The notes under the pieces were generated by a model. It saw only the letters and a list, made by a program, of their open reading frames with translations. It ran no database searches and was not told the DNA's origin. A DNA stretch of 64,000 nt, taken from positions 101,122,001 to 101,186,000 of the forward strand of contig JBNRSN020000002.1 of NCBI GenBank assembly GCA_051313645.2. Direction: 5' to 3'. This stretch comes from Centroscyllium fabricii (lineage: Eukaryota). This document shows, piece by piece, positions 36,801 through 50,162 of the stretch. Within the stretch, counting starts at the first letter, position 1; every line of letters starts with the position of its first letter. The position numbers and the translations under genes were made by a program.

Positions 36801-39800
36801 ACTGCAAAACTGGCACACTGCAACATGGACACATTGTGACATGGGCACACTGCGACACAGGCACACAGCAACAAGGACACACTGCAACATGGGCACATTA
36901 GCGACACTGGCACACTGTGACACGGGCACACTGCAGCGCGGGCACATCACGACATGGGCACTATGTGACACTGGCACACTGCAATAAGGACACACTGTGG
37001 CACAGGCACACTGCAACACTGGCACACTGCGACTCTGGCACACTGTGAAACTGGCAAAACTGTGACACTGGCACACTGCAACACTGGCACACAGCAACAC
37101 GGATACAATGTGACATGGGCACACTGTGACACGGGCACACTGCAACACAGACAATCTGTGACATGGGCACACTGCAACACTGGCACACTGTGACATGGGC
37201 ACACTGCAACACTGGCACACTGCGACGTGGGCACACTGCGACACTGGCACACTGTGGCACTGGCACACTACATCACTGGCACACTGCAACAAGGACACAC
37301 TACAACATGCGAACACTGCGACCCGGGTACACTGCAATACTGGTGCACTATGACATGGGAACACTGTGACACTGGCACACTGCAACACAGGCACATTGCG
37401 ACATGGACACACTGCGACATGGGCACACTGCGACACTGACAAACGGTGACACAGGCACATTGCGACATGGGCACACTGCGACACTGGCACACTGCAATAC
37501 TGGTGCTCTGCGACAAGGACACAGCGACACTAGCACACTGCAACAAGGACACACGATGACATGGGCATACATGCGACATGGGTACACTGTGACTGGCACA
37601 CTGCGACATGGGGCACACTGCAATACGGGCACTGCGACACGGACACACTGCAACATGGGCACACTGCGGCACTGGCACACTGCGACACGGGCACACAGTG
37701 ACATGGGCACACTGCAACACTGGCACACTGCGACATGGGCACACTGCAACACTGGCACACTGCGACACGGGCACATGGTGACATGGGCACACTGTGACAC
37801 GGGCACACTGTGACACGGGCACACTGCAACACGGGCACTGCGACAAGGACACACTGCATCACGGGCACACTGCAACAAGGGCACACTGCGGCAAGGACAC
37901 ACTGCGACCCGGGCACACTGCGGCACTGTCACACTGCGACACTGGCAAACTGCGACACTGGCACACTGACACTGGCACATTGCAACAAGGACCACTGCGA
38001 CACGGGCACACTGTGACACTGGCACACTGCAACCCTGGCACACTGTGACACAGGCACACTGCGACACTGGCACACTGTGACTTGGGCACACTGCGACACA
38101 GGCACACTGTGACACGGGCACCCTGCGACACAGACACCCTGTGACACTGGCACACTGCAACACTGGCACACTGCAACACGGGCACACAGTGACATGGGCA
38201 CACTGGCACACTGTGACATGGGCACACTGTGACATGGGCACACCGTGACATGGGCACACTGTGACATGGGCACACTGCGACACTGGCACACTGAGACACG
38301 GCACACTGCGACACTGGCACACTGTGACATGGACACACTGCAACACTGGCACACTGTGACATGGGCACACTACAATACTGGCACACTGTGACATGGACAC
38401 ACTGCAACACTGGCACACTGCAACACAGGCACACTGCGACATGGGCACACTGCAACATGGACACATTGCAACACGGGCACACTGCGACACGGACACACTA
38501 CAACAAGGACACACTGCAACACGGGCACACTACAACAAGGACATACTGCGACACGGATACACTGCAACAAGGACACACTGCAACACGGACACACTACAAC
38601 AAGGACACACTGCGACAAGGACACACTGCGATACGGGCACACTGCGACAAGGACACACTGCGACAAGGACACACTGCGATACGGGCACACTGCGACAAGG
38701 ACACACTACAACAAGGACACACTGCAACACGGACGCACTGCGACACGGACACACTGCGACAAGGACACACTGCAACAAGGACACACTGTGACACGGGCAC
38801 ACTACAACAAGGACACACTGCGACAAGGACACACTGCGACACGGACACACTACAACAAGGACACACTGCGACACGGACACACTGCGACACGGACACACTG
38901 CGACAAGGACACACTGCGACATGGACACACTGCAACAAGGACACACTGCGACACGGACACACTGCGACACGGACACACTGCAACAAGGACACACTGCGAC
39001 ACGGACACACTGCGACATGGACACACTGCGACAAGGACACACTGCGACACGGACACACTGCGACAAGGACACACTGCGACACGGACACACTGCAACATGG
39101 ACACACTGCGACAAGGACACACTGCGACATGGGCACACTGCAACAAGGACACACTGCAACAAGGACACACTGCGACACGGACACACTGCGACACGGACAC
39201 ACTGCAACAAGGACACACTGCAACATGGGCACACTGCAACATGGACACACTGCGACACGGACACACTGCAACAAGGACACACTGCAACATGGGCACACTG
39301 CGACACGGGCACACTGCAACAAGGACACACTGTGACACTGACACACTGCGACACAGGCACACTGCGACACGGATACACTGCGATACGGGTGCACTGTGAC
39401 ATGGGCACACTGTGACACTGGCACACTATGACACTGCGAAATGTAGAAACTGCAACAAGGACACACTGCGACATGGGCACACTGCGACACACGCACACTG
39501 CAACAAGAACACACTGTGGCACTGGCACACTGACAGGGGCACACTGCAACAAGAACATACTGCGGCACTGGCACACTGGCACGGGCACACTGCGACACGG
39601 GCACACTGCGACACACGCACACTGCAACAAGAACACACTGTGACACTGGCACACTGACAGGGGCACACTGCAACAAGAACATACTGCGGCACTGGCACAC
39701 TGTGGCACGGGCACACTGCGACACGGGCACACTGCGACACTAGCACACTGTGACATGGGCACACTGCGACATGGGCACACTGTGACACTAGCACACTGCA

Positions 39801-42800
39801 CCATGGGCACACTGCGACATGGACACACTGCGACACAGACACATGGTGACACTGGCACACTGCGATATGGGCACACTGTGACATGGGCACACGGCGACAC
39901 TGGCAAACTGTGACACCGGCACACTGCAACAAGGACACACTGTGACACTGGCACACTGCGACACGGGCACACTGCGACAAGGACACTACGACACTGGCAC
40001 ACTGCATCACTGGCACACTGCAACAAGGACACATTGCAACACGGACACACCGACATGGGCACACTGCGACATGGGCACACTGCAATACTGGTGCACTGCA
40101 GCGCAGGCACACTGCGACACTGGCACACTGCCACACGGGCACACTGCGACACTGGCACACTGCGACACTGGAGCTCTGCGACAAGGACACAGCGACAAGG
40201 ACACAGCGACACTTTCACACTGCAACACTGGCACATTGCAACAAGGACACACGGTGCCATGGGCACACTGCGACATGGGCACACGGTGACATGGGCACCT
40301 GGTGACATGGGCACACTGCGACATTGGCACACTGCAACACTGGCACACTGCGACACTGGCACACTGTGACATGGGCACACTGCAACACGGGCACTGCGAC
40401 AAGGACACACTGCGTCATGGGTACACTGTGACAATGGCACACTGCAACCAGGACACACTGCGACATGGGCACACTGCAATACTGGCGCACTGCAATGCAG
40501 GCACACTGCGACACTGGAACACTGCCACACGGGCACACTGCGACACTGGCGCTCTGCGACAAGGACACAGCGACACTTTCACACTGCAACACTGGCACAT
40601 TGCAACAAGGACACATGGTGTCATGGGCACACTGCGACATGGGCACACTGTGACACGGGCACCTGGTGACATGGGCACACTGCGACATGGGCACACTGCA
40701 ACACTGGCACACTGCAACACTGGCACACTGCGACATGGGCACACTGCAACACGGGCACTGCGACAAGGACACACTGCGTCATGGGTACACTGTGACAAGG
40801 GCACACTGCAACCAGGACACACTGCGATGTGGGCACACTGCGGCACTGGCACACTGTGACTCTGGCAAACTGCGACACTGGCACACTGCGACACTGGCAC
40901 ATTGCAACAAGGACAGACTGCGACACGGGCACACTTTGACACTGGCACACTGCGACACTGGCATACTGTGACACTGGCACACTGTGACATGGGCACACTG
41001 CGACACAGGCAATCTGTGACACTGGCACACTGCGGCATGGGCACACTGTGACACGGGCACACAGCAACATGGGCACACAGTGACATGGGCTCACTGCAAC
41101 ACTGGCACACTGTGACATGGGCACACTGTGACATGGGCACACTGCAACACGGGCACACTGTGACACGGGCACACTGTGACATGGGCACACTGGCACGGGC
41201 ACACTGCAACAAGGACACAGTGCGACATTGGCACACTGCAACACTGGCACACTGCAAAACTGGCACACTGCAACATGGACGCATTGTGACATGGGCACAC
41301 TGCGACACAGGCACACAGCAACAAGGACACACTGCAACATGGGCACATTAGCGACACTGGCACACTGTGACACGGGCACACTGCAGCGCGGGCACATCAC
41401 GACATGGGCACTATGTGACACTGGCACACTGCAATAAGGACACACTGTGGCACAGGCACACTGCAACACTGGCACACTGCGACTCTGGCACACTGTGAAA
41501 CTGGCAAAACTGTGACACTGGCACACTGCAACACTGGCACACAGCAACACGGATACAATGTGACATGGGCACACTGCGACACGGGCACACTGCAGCACGG
41601 ACAATCTGTGACATGGGCACACTGCAACACTGGCACACTGCGACATGGGCACACTGCAACACTGGCACACTGCGACGTGGGCACACTGCGACACTGGCAC
41701 ACTGTGGCACTGGCACACTACATCACTGGCACACTGCAACAAGGACACACTGCAACAAGGACACACTACAACATGGGAACACTGCGACCCGGGTACACTG
41801 CAATACTGGTGCACTATGACATGGGAACACTGCGACACTGGCACACTGCAACACAGGCACATTGCGACATGGACACACTGCGACATGGGCACACTGCGAC
41901 ACTGACAAACGGTGACACAGGCACATTGCGACATGGGCACACTGCGACACTGGCACACTGCAATACTGGTGCTCTGCGACAAGGACACAGCGACACTAGC
42001 ACACTGCAACAAGGACACACGATGACATGGGCATACATGCGACATGGGTACACTGTGACTGGCACACTGCGACATGGGGCACACTGCAATACGGGCACTG
42101 CGACACGGACACACTGCAACATGGGCACACTGCGGCACTGGCACACTGCGACACGGGCACACAGTGACATGGGCACACTGCAACACTGGCACACTGCGAC
42201 ATGGGCACACTGCAACACTGGCACACTGCGACATGGGCACATGGTGACATGGGCACACTGTGACACGGGCACACTGTGACACGGGCACACTGCAACACGG
42301 GCACTGCGACAAGGACACACTGCATCACGGGCACACTGCAACAAGGGCACACTGCGGCAAGGACACACTGCGACCCGGGCACACTGCGGCACTGTCACAC
42401 TGCGACACTGGCAAACTGCGACACTGGCACACTGACACTGGCACATTGCAACAAGGACCACTGCGACACGGGCACACTGTGACACTGGCACACTGCAACC
42501 CTGGCATACTGTGACACAGGCACACTGCGACACTGGCACACTGTGACTTGGGCACACTGCGACACAGGCACACTGTGACACGGGCACCCTGCGACACAGA
42601 CACCCTGTGACACTGGCACACTGCGACACTGGCACACTGCAACACGGGCACACAGTGACATGGGCACACTGGCACACTGTGACATGGGCACACTGTGACA
42701 TGGGCACACCGTGACATGGGCACACTGTGACATGGGCACACTGCGACACTGGCACACTGAGACACGGCACACTGCGACACTGGCACACTGTGACATGGAC

Positions 42801-43330
42801 ACACTGCAACACTGGCACACTGTGACATGGGCACACTACAATACTGGCACACTGACATGGACACACTGCAACACTGGCACACTGCAACACAGGCACACTG
42901 CGACATGGGCACACTGCAACATGGACACATTGCAACACGGGCACACTGACACGGGCACACTGCAGCAAGGACACACTGCCACACGGGCACACTGCCACAC
43001 TGGCACACTGCGACATGGGCACATTGTGACATGGGCACACTGCGACACAGGCACACTGCAACAAGGACACACTGCAACATGGGCACATTAGCGGCACAGG
43101 CACACTGCGACACGGGCACACTGCGATGCGGGCACAATGCGACATGGGCACACTGCGACACTGGCACACTGCACTAAGGACACACTGCGACACAGGCACA
43201 CTGCAACACTGGCACACCGCGACACTGGCACACTGTGAAACTGGCACATTGCGATGCTGGCACACTGCAACATCGGCACACTGCGACACAGATACAGTAA
43301 TACACAGACACTGATAAGATGACACTGAGA
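33890..43330. repeat. ~9.4-kb tandem array of a 16-bp unit (ACACTG[CG/TG/CA]AC-[ACGGG/ACTGG/AAGGA/ATGGG]-C) with ~4.4-kb higher-order duplication
   Basis: Direct reading; marker GAAATGTAGAAAC at ~35018 and ~39438 (offset 4420); ORF-track twins at offsets 4420/4450/4466. Confidence 0.97.
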
Positions 43331-43334
43331 CATT

Positions 43335-43863
43335 GGGGTAAATTTTCCCTCGGGTGTGGGGAATTGGCGGGTTTGCAGCGGGTCAGGTTTCCCACACGAA
43401 TACTAAAGGGCCTGGGAGCCCCACGCAATTTTGGCTCAATTGGCCAATTGATTCCCCGCATGTGGGAACCCTTGCCAATTGACTATTTCCAGTCTGAAAG
43501 TCAGCGGGGTGCCGGCTGCTTAAAGACCAGAGCGCCGTTTCAATGAGAGGCACAGCACAGCACTCTCATTGACAGCTGCTAGTCAGTTTCAATGAGAGGC
43601 GCAGCACAGCTCTCTCACTGACAGCAAAAAGAGCTACAAGGTGAGTTACTGAAAAGCTATATTCTCCCTGAAATTGCACACCCTGGTGATACAGTTAGCC
43701 CTCCTGCAGGCTGCTGCCTAGGGCTGACTTCTGGTACAGCTGATTGCATGTCATCCTTTGACTTGCAGCTGATACTCAGCAAGCCGATTGTATCCCCGCG
43801 TTTGCTATTTTGCGCCCCGTCCCGCCGGAAAACCCGCCTCACGGCTCATTGAAAATTGACCCC
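43335..43863. mobile_element. Harbinger-type MITE
   Basis: GGGGTAAATTTTC / GAAAATTGACCCC; flanks ATT/ACT. Confidence 0.75.
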
Positions 43864-44137
43864 ACTGAATCAGTGATATAGCCACACACTGTGATGGTGG
43901 AATGCTGACACTTAGATGCTGACATGCCCAAATACCGAGTACTTTTTATCATCAGCTGGGTGCACAATCTGTGTTCGAAAGGAAATTTTAAATAGGGAAT
44001 ATTTTCACAATAAAGCACCAGCTGTAAAATACTAGGAGGAAAGGAGGCATTATAAAACACTGCCTAGTAGAAAATCCTCTGATTTTGATTTTTAACCTGC
44101 TCCCAGTGATGACCTACTATTTTAGCTTTCTACTCAC

Positions 44138-44289
44138 AACTGGAGCCTGTCTGCTGAGACACTGAGATTAGTTGGTGCTGCAACTTGTTGGCTTCGATCG
44201 CTCCTCGTCGGTATCCACGTCCTGGTTCGATATCAGTCTGTGAGATGTGCAGTGGTGCCTTATCACTCATGTCAGCAGAGCAGTTCCAG
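44138..44289 (-). other. Candidate 152-nt spliced exon, gene unidentified
   Basis: Acceptor ttctccattttgggtcttcacacgcAG; donor GTGAGT; one open frame WNCSADMSDKAPLHISQTDIEPGRGYRRGAIEANKLQHQLISVSQQTGSS; CpGs retained. Confidence 0.4.
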
Positions 44290-44479
44290 CTGCGTGTGAA
44301 GACCCAAAATGGAGAATCAGCATATGGGGAGGGGTTAATAGATATTTAAAAGATGTGATTTTTTTTCTCTCTTAATCCCTAGCTTTTGTTTTCGGTGGAG
44401 GCGGGGGGTGGGGGTGGGAAGGTCCTTAATGTTCAAAGTACCTTGCCTAGGTACCTGGAACCATTCGTGGAAATTTGAT

Positions 44480-44550
44480 TATGTGACATTCTGACCACAT
44501 GATGCCTGACCATGTGATGCCTGATCACATGACATCTGATCATGTGGCAT
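44480..44550. repeat. Short degenerate 15-bp tandem repeat (CTGACCACATGATGC-like)
   Basis: ctgaccacatgatgc ctgaccatgtgatgc ctgatcacatgacat ctgatcatgtggcat. Confidence 0.75.
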
Positions 44551-44729
44551 TCGTTTACCTGACATTTGTTCACAAGGCTTCTATAAATGTTATTGCATTT
44601 GCCTTATAAGGGTTGGGTTCCCTGCAGTTGAGTATTTTTGCTTGTGGTTCCGTGCCAGCCGTTGTTGTGTGAGAAGTTCCAAGAATCAGGAAGCCATCCG
44701 TAAGCAGGCGATGAGGGGACCAAGGAACA

Positions 44730-46130
44730 CCTGCCCGATTTCAGAGCCCCCGCCCTGAGTTCAGAGTCCCTGCCCTGATTTCAGAGCACCTGACCCTGCT
44801 TTCAGAGCCCTGCCCTGATTTCAGAGTCCCTGCCCTGATTTCAGAGCACCTGACCCTGATTTCAGAGCCCCGCCCTGATTTCAGAGTCCCTGCCCTGATT
44901 TCAGAGCCTCCACCCTGATTTCAGAGTCCCTGCCCTGATTTCAGTGCACCTGGCCCTGATATCAGGGCCCCTGCCCTGAGTTCAGAGCCTCTGCTCTGAT
45001 TTCAGAGCCCCTGCTCTGATTTCAGAGCCCCGTCCTGATTTCAGAGCCCCGCCCTGATTTCAGAGTCCCTGCCCTGATTTCAGAGCCCCACCCTGATTTC
45101 AGAGCCCCTGCCCTGATTTCAGAGCCTCCACCCTGATTTCAGAGTCCCTGCCCTGATTTCAGAGCACCTGGCCCTGATATCAGAGCCCCTGCCCCGAGTT
45201 CAGAGCCTCTGCTCTGATTTCAGAGCCCCTGCCCTGATTTCAGAGCCCCGCCCTGATTTCAGAGTCCCTGCCCTTATTTCAGAGCCCCGCCCTGATTTCA
45301 GAGTCCCTGCCCTGATTTCAGAGCCTCCACCCTGATTTGAGTCCCTGCCCTGATTTCAGAGCACCTGGCCCTGATATCAGAGCCCCTGCCCCGAGTTCAG
45401 AGCCTCTGCCCTGATTTCAGAGTCCCTGCCCTGATTTCAGAGCCTCCGCCCTGATTTGAGTCCCTGCCCTGATTTCAGAGCACCTGGCCCTGATATCAAA
45501 GCCCCGCCCTGATTTCAGAGTCCCTGTCCTGATTTCAGAGCCTCCACCCTGATTTCAGACTCCCTGCCCTGATTTCAGAGCCCCTGCCTCGATTTCAGAG
45601 CCCCTGATCCTGATTTCAGAGCCCCAGCCTTGATTTCAGAGCCCCGACCCTGATTTCTGAGCCCCTGCCCCGATTTCAGAGCCCCAGCCCCGATTTCAGA
45701 GCCCCTGCCCTGATTGCAGAGTCCCTGCCCTGATTTCAGAGACGCCACCTTGATTTCAGAGCCCCTGCTTTGATTTCAGAGCCCCTGCCTCAATTTCAGA
45801 GCCCCTGACCCTGATTTCAGAGCCCCTGCCTTAATTTCAGAGCCCCTGACCCTGATTTCAGAGCCCCTGCCTCGATTTCAGAGCCCCTGACCCTGATTCC
45901 AGAGCCCCTGCCTTGATTTCAGAGCCCCTGCCTTGATTTCAGAGCCTCTGCCCTGATTCCAGAGCCCCTGCCCTAATTTTAGAGCCCCAGCTCCTGATTT
46001 CAGAGCCCCAGCACTGATTTCAGAGCCCCTGCCCCTGATTTCAGAGCTCCAGCCCTGATTTCAGAGCCCCTGCCCCTGATTTCAGAGCCCCAACACTTGA
46101 TTTCAGCGCCTCTGCCACGATTTCAGAGCC
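44730..46130. repeat. Minisatellite, ~20-bp unit CCCTGCCCTGATTTCAGAGC, about 70 copies
   Basis: Direct reading; unit length varies 18-21 bp. Confidence 0.97.
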
Positions 46131-47189
46131 TCCGATTGAGGAGACCTCACCACCCCTCACCCAGATTGCTAAAACCTGCAATTCCCGAGCCCTCCCCATT
46201 CCCGACTCTCCAGCAAGCACCACTTGATCATGGCTCTCTGCGGGTGATGTCACCAAGTCGAAGGCTTCTCTAACAGCAGCTGTTAATGTCAGGAAGCGAG
46301 GCGGGAAATTTAAATCGCCGAAACCCCCCGGTTCTGGGAAAGTCCTGGTCATTCCAGAAGGATTGGAAACCCTTACCTTGCCCTCAGTATTAGTCATTTT
46401 AACTGATGCTGTTAACATTGACAAATTACTTCAAAAGAAAGTTTTGTAAACTACTTGCACCTTGTTAACTGGAGTAGATGTTGGTGGGTGGTCTGATGGT
46501 GGTGAATAAACAATTGCAATACAGTAAAATCCAGTTTATAAATCACATATTGGCCTAGAAATTCAATCACGATCTGCCCATTTTACAGGAGTAAAATGGG
46601 TGCCAAAGGGCCCAATATGGTGCATGACATGCACGCGCTCAGTCAGTGCCAGAGGTGTGTCCGCCATATTTGATCAGGCTGCTCAGCAGGCGCCCAGGGC
46701 GTGCCGGAAGCATTTAATTGTCTCATTTTAAATTTAAATAAGGTGTCCTAGGCTTATTGTAGGACCCCTTTGTGAAATTGGACTGCCCCAGTGCCTAACT
46801 CACCATGTGATAGACTTGCCATGTGATAAACGCACTCAGCAAATTATGACACTAACAGGCAGCGAGGAACTTGCAGAAGTGCTATTTAAATGGCTTATCT
46901 ACTCTGAACAGGTTAGTTGGTGGTTTGTCCCCTTAGGCTGCTGGTTTACATTCCAGGCCTTTAAAAAAAAATTCTACATTCCACAAGTTAATTCTGACTT
47001 CTGGAAACAACTTTGTGCTAGTGCTGGACTGTTTTCTGTCTGCCTCGCAAACAGTTTTCTCGCAGTCATAGGTGGGTTGGTAGGTCTGCCTTTGGGGCTG
47101 GAGGACGAGGGGGCCAGTGAAGAAGATGGGAGAGACCAGGAGCAGCTGGGAGAAGAGGGAGGAAGAGGAGAGTGCTGCACAGCAGGCCA

Positions 47190-47716
47190 TAACAAGAGTG
47201 GGTCTTCTGGGAGTACTTCTCCTACTTCAACTGCTCTGAGGAGCTGTGAGGTGCCTGTGCTTCACCAAAGGAGGCTACAACCTACTGCACCCACAACTCG
47301 AGCCTCACACCAGTGCATGGACAGCACTGCCTGTAATTGTCAGGGTCACCGTGGCATTTAACACTTAGGCCTTTGGCTCGTTCCAGCTGCTGACATCAGT
47401 GACAGCTCCCAGTTTTCTCTGTCCGGGAGGTCAATGAGGCTCTCTACACCAGGAAAAATGCCTACATCATAATCCCAGTGGACAGAGCGAAGCAGGATGA
47501 AACAGCACTAGAATTCACCTCCATTGCAGGCTTCCACAGGGTCCACGGTGCCATAGACTGCACCGACGTTGCCTTACTTGCTCCCTATCACCAGTCTGAC
47601 ACGTTTCTCTGTGGAAAGTAATTCCACTCCCTGAATAACCAGCTTGTCTGCGACCACAAGCAGAGCATCATGCAGGTTTGTGGCCCATTTCCCTACAGCA
47701 GTCATGATTCATTCAT
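47190..47716 (+). pseudogene. Harbinger (HARBI1-like DDE) transposase remnant
   Basis: From 47526: AGFHRVHGAIDCTDVA...GK*FHSLNNQLVCDH...MQVCGPFPYSSHDSFI; upstream ALPVIVRVTVAFN...GSFQ; frame resumes (LHQS) after the CR1 insert. Confidence 0.88.
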
Positions 47717-48281
47717 AGAAACATAGAAGCATAGAAGATAGGAGCAGGAGTAGGCCATTCAGCCCCTCGAGCCTGTTCCACCATTCAATGCGATCATGGC
47801 TAATCATTCAATTTCAATACCCTGTCCCTGCTTTCTCCCCATATCCCTTGATCCCTTTAGCCTTAAGAAATATATCCAACTCTTTCTTGAATATATTTAA
47901 TGAATTGGCTTCTACTGCCTTCTGTGGTAGGGAATTCCACAGGTGCACCACTCTCTGGGTGAAGAAATTCCTCCTCATCTCTGTCCTAAATGGCGTACCC
48001 CTTATCCTTAGACTGTGACCCCTGGTTCTGGACTCCCCCACCATCGGGAACATCCTTCCTGCATCTAGTCTGTCCAGTCCTGTCAGAATTTTTAAAGTTT
48101 CAATAAGATCCCCTCTCATTCTTCTAAAATCCAGCGAGTACAAGCCCAATCGACCCAATCTCTCCTCATACGTCATTCCTGCCATCCCGGGTATCAGCCT
48201 GGTGAATCTTCGCTGCACTCCTTCCATGGCAATAACATCCTTCCTTAGATAAGGTGACCAAAACTGTATGTAATACTCAAG
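47717..48281 (-). mobile_element. CR1 LINE 3' fragment inserted in the transposase
   Basis: LEYYIQFWSPYLRKD...RNFFTQRVV; (ATAGAAAC)n tail; ATTCAT on both sides (47711-47716, 48282-48287). Confidence 0.93.
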
Positions 48282-48394
48282 ATTCATCCTGCACCAGTCC
48301 TGTGCCGCCTTCCCCCCTCCTCCCCGCCCCCCACAGTCACCCAAAATCCTTCGAGGCAAGAGGCCTTCAGGCTGTTGTTTTTGAACAGCATCTG

Positions 48395-48660
48395 AGATTG
48401 AGATGAGGAGAAATTTCTTCACTCAGAGGGTTGTGAATCTTTGGAATTCTCTACACCAGAGGGATGTGGATGCTCAGTCCTTGAGTATATTCAAGGCTGA
48501 AATAGATACATTTTTGGACTCTAGGGTAATGATGGGATGTGGGGATCAGGCAGGAATGTGGCGTTGAGGTCGATGATCAGCCATGATCTCATTGAATGGT
48601 TGAGCAGGCTCGAGGGGCCGTGTGGCCTACTCCTGCTCCTATTTCTTATGTTCTTGTGTT
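48395..48660 (+). mobile_element. CR1 3' fragment
   Basis: gagatgaggagaaatttcttcactcagagggttgtg ... ttatgttcttgtgtt. Confidence 0.88.
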
Positions 48661-48721
48661 CAGTAACCTGCCTGGAGATAAAATCGGGGCCATAGGATCA
48701 GTGAAATAATTCATGAATTAG

Positions 48722-48970
48722 TTCAATTCAATTCAATTTCAATTCAATTCAAGTTTTATTGTCATTGCAGAGTACTAGTACAATACAACGAGACGAAGAC
48801 TCGACGCTCCCAAGAGTAGTGCAAATAAATTACATGCAAATTGCATACAGTAAAGTACATTATCAGGCGTGCAGGTACCGGAGTTTCTTTTTAGAGTTCA
48901 GGAGGCTGACAGCCCTGGGGAAGAAGCTGTTCTTAAATCTAGTCGTGCGGGTGCAAATTGATCTGTAGCG
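48722..48970 (-). mobile_element. Rex1/Babar-type 3' end
   Basis: (TTCAA)n tail; gacagccctggggaagaagctgtt (NSFFPRAV) as in the 8.1-kb copy. Confidence 0.75.
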
Positions 48971-50162
48971 TATGAATATTCATTTGTCAGTGAGGGAGGT
49001 ATTTGTGTGAATTTCAGGGTTTAGAGAATACAGTAAACTGCTTGATATACACTGTCAGTGTTAATGATGTCACCTGAGCACATAACTTTGTCACCACATT
49101 GGCCCAGAAATTCGGGTCGGAGGCTTCCTGCGTGTGTAAGCCTCCAACCTGAACTTACCTTGCGCGCCGGCCGCTAAGCTGCTGGCCCGCGTGGAATTCC
49201 GATCCTGGGCCTCCTCCAACTGCCGGCGCGCAGTGCTTGCGCATCCCAGCGGCGCAGTTAGTGCGATGCGTCCTTTGGGATCACATGGGCCATGGAGAGC
49301 CAATCGGAGCAGGGAATGCTCCATTCATAAGTTTGACAGGAAGAGCTGTCAAAACTATGAAAACTACAAGCCCCAAAACATCACTGAAACTTCAAATAAT
49401 TTTTTTTAAATCACATTTTTTAAATAACTATAAATTACATGAAATAACTATTTTAAACAATAATTTACATTTTTGAAAATATTAATTATTTTTCCTAACG
49501 GGGCTAAAAATAAACTTAACTTTCTTTAAAGTATTTTAAAATAATGGCCCAAAAATTAGGGTGACTGCTGGAGGTTTTGGAGCCAGGTACTCACGCACAT
49601 GGGCTCCGAATTGCAGGAAGCAGACGTTCCCACTGCTACCTGTAATTCCGATGGTGGCCAGTGGGGGGTCGCGAGCTGCAGCCAGCTGTATCGCATTTGC
49701 CTGCGCACCAGGAGGTGCGCAGTAGGATTCCGATTTTTTTCAGAGTTTTTTATCGGGGTAAGTATTGAAGATTTTACACTGAAAAATATCAGCTGTAACA
49801 ACCCCTTTTTAGCAGGTAAGTGTTTTATTTTCTAGAATTTAAGTTTTTTTTTGCAGGTTTTTACTTTTTTTAAACTTTAAGGACAGCTAAGTATATCTTT
49901 AGGCCAGTTAAAAACTTTTAAAAAAAATTCTAAAATTTTTTTTTCTTTAAAATAAGTAATTTATGTTAGTTAGAGTATTGTTAAAAAATGTGGTGTTTTT
50001 TTAAATTTTATTTTTGTGTTTAGATGTGTTTTTGAAGCTCTTCCTTTTCATAACTTTCACTGATTTCTCTGTGTAAGGTATGAATGGAGGACTGCTTCCA
50101 TTCATTGGCTCCCTGCAGATCACGTGGTCCCGCGCGAGATCTCGCACTAACTACAACGTTGA

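Larger units (their letters stand above)
46552..48691 (+). mobile_element. Decayed Harbinger transposon with transposase remnant and two CR1 pieces inside
   Basis: ATT|GGCCTAGAAATT ... AAAATCGGGGCC|ATA; transposase motifs inside. Confidence 0.7.

Noticed and set aside
33890-43330. Immunoglobulin switch region or antigen-receptor locus
   Set aside because: No AGCT density, no heptamer-spacer-nonamer pairs seen, no Ig-domain exons
33831-43333. Long Cys/Val/Ser-rich and His/Thr-rich ORFs (up to 668 aa) resembling keratin-associated or metal-binding proteins
   Set aside because: They occur in all frames on both strands because the 16-bp unit rarely contains stops; the unit is not a multiple of 3 and indels switch frames freely
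44730-46130. CRISPR-like array (partly palindromic constant core with variable linker)
   Set aside because: Linkers are ~8-bp variants of one sequence, not unique spacers; no cas genes; vertebrate context
46807-47361. 184-aa ORF as a host gene or domesticated HARBI1
   Set aside because: Lies within a TIR-bounded element; the transposase has stops, frameshifts and a CR1 insertion
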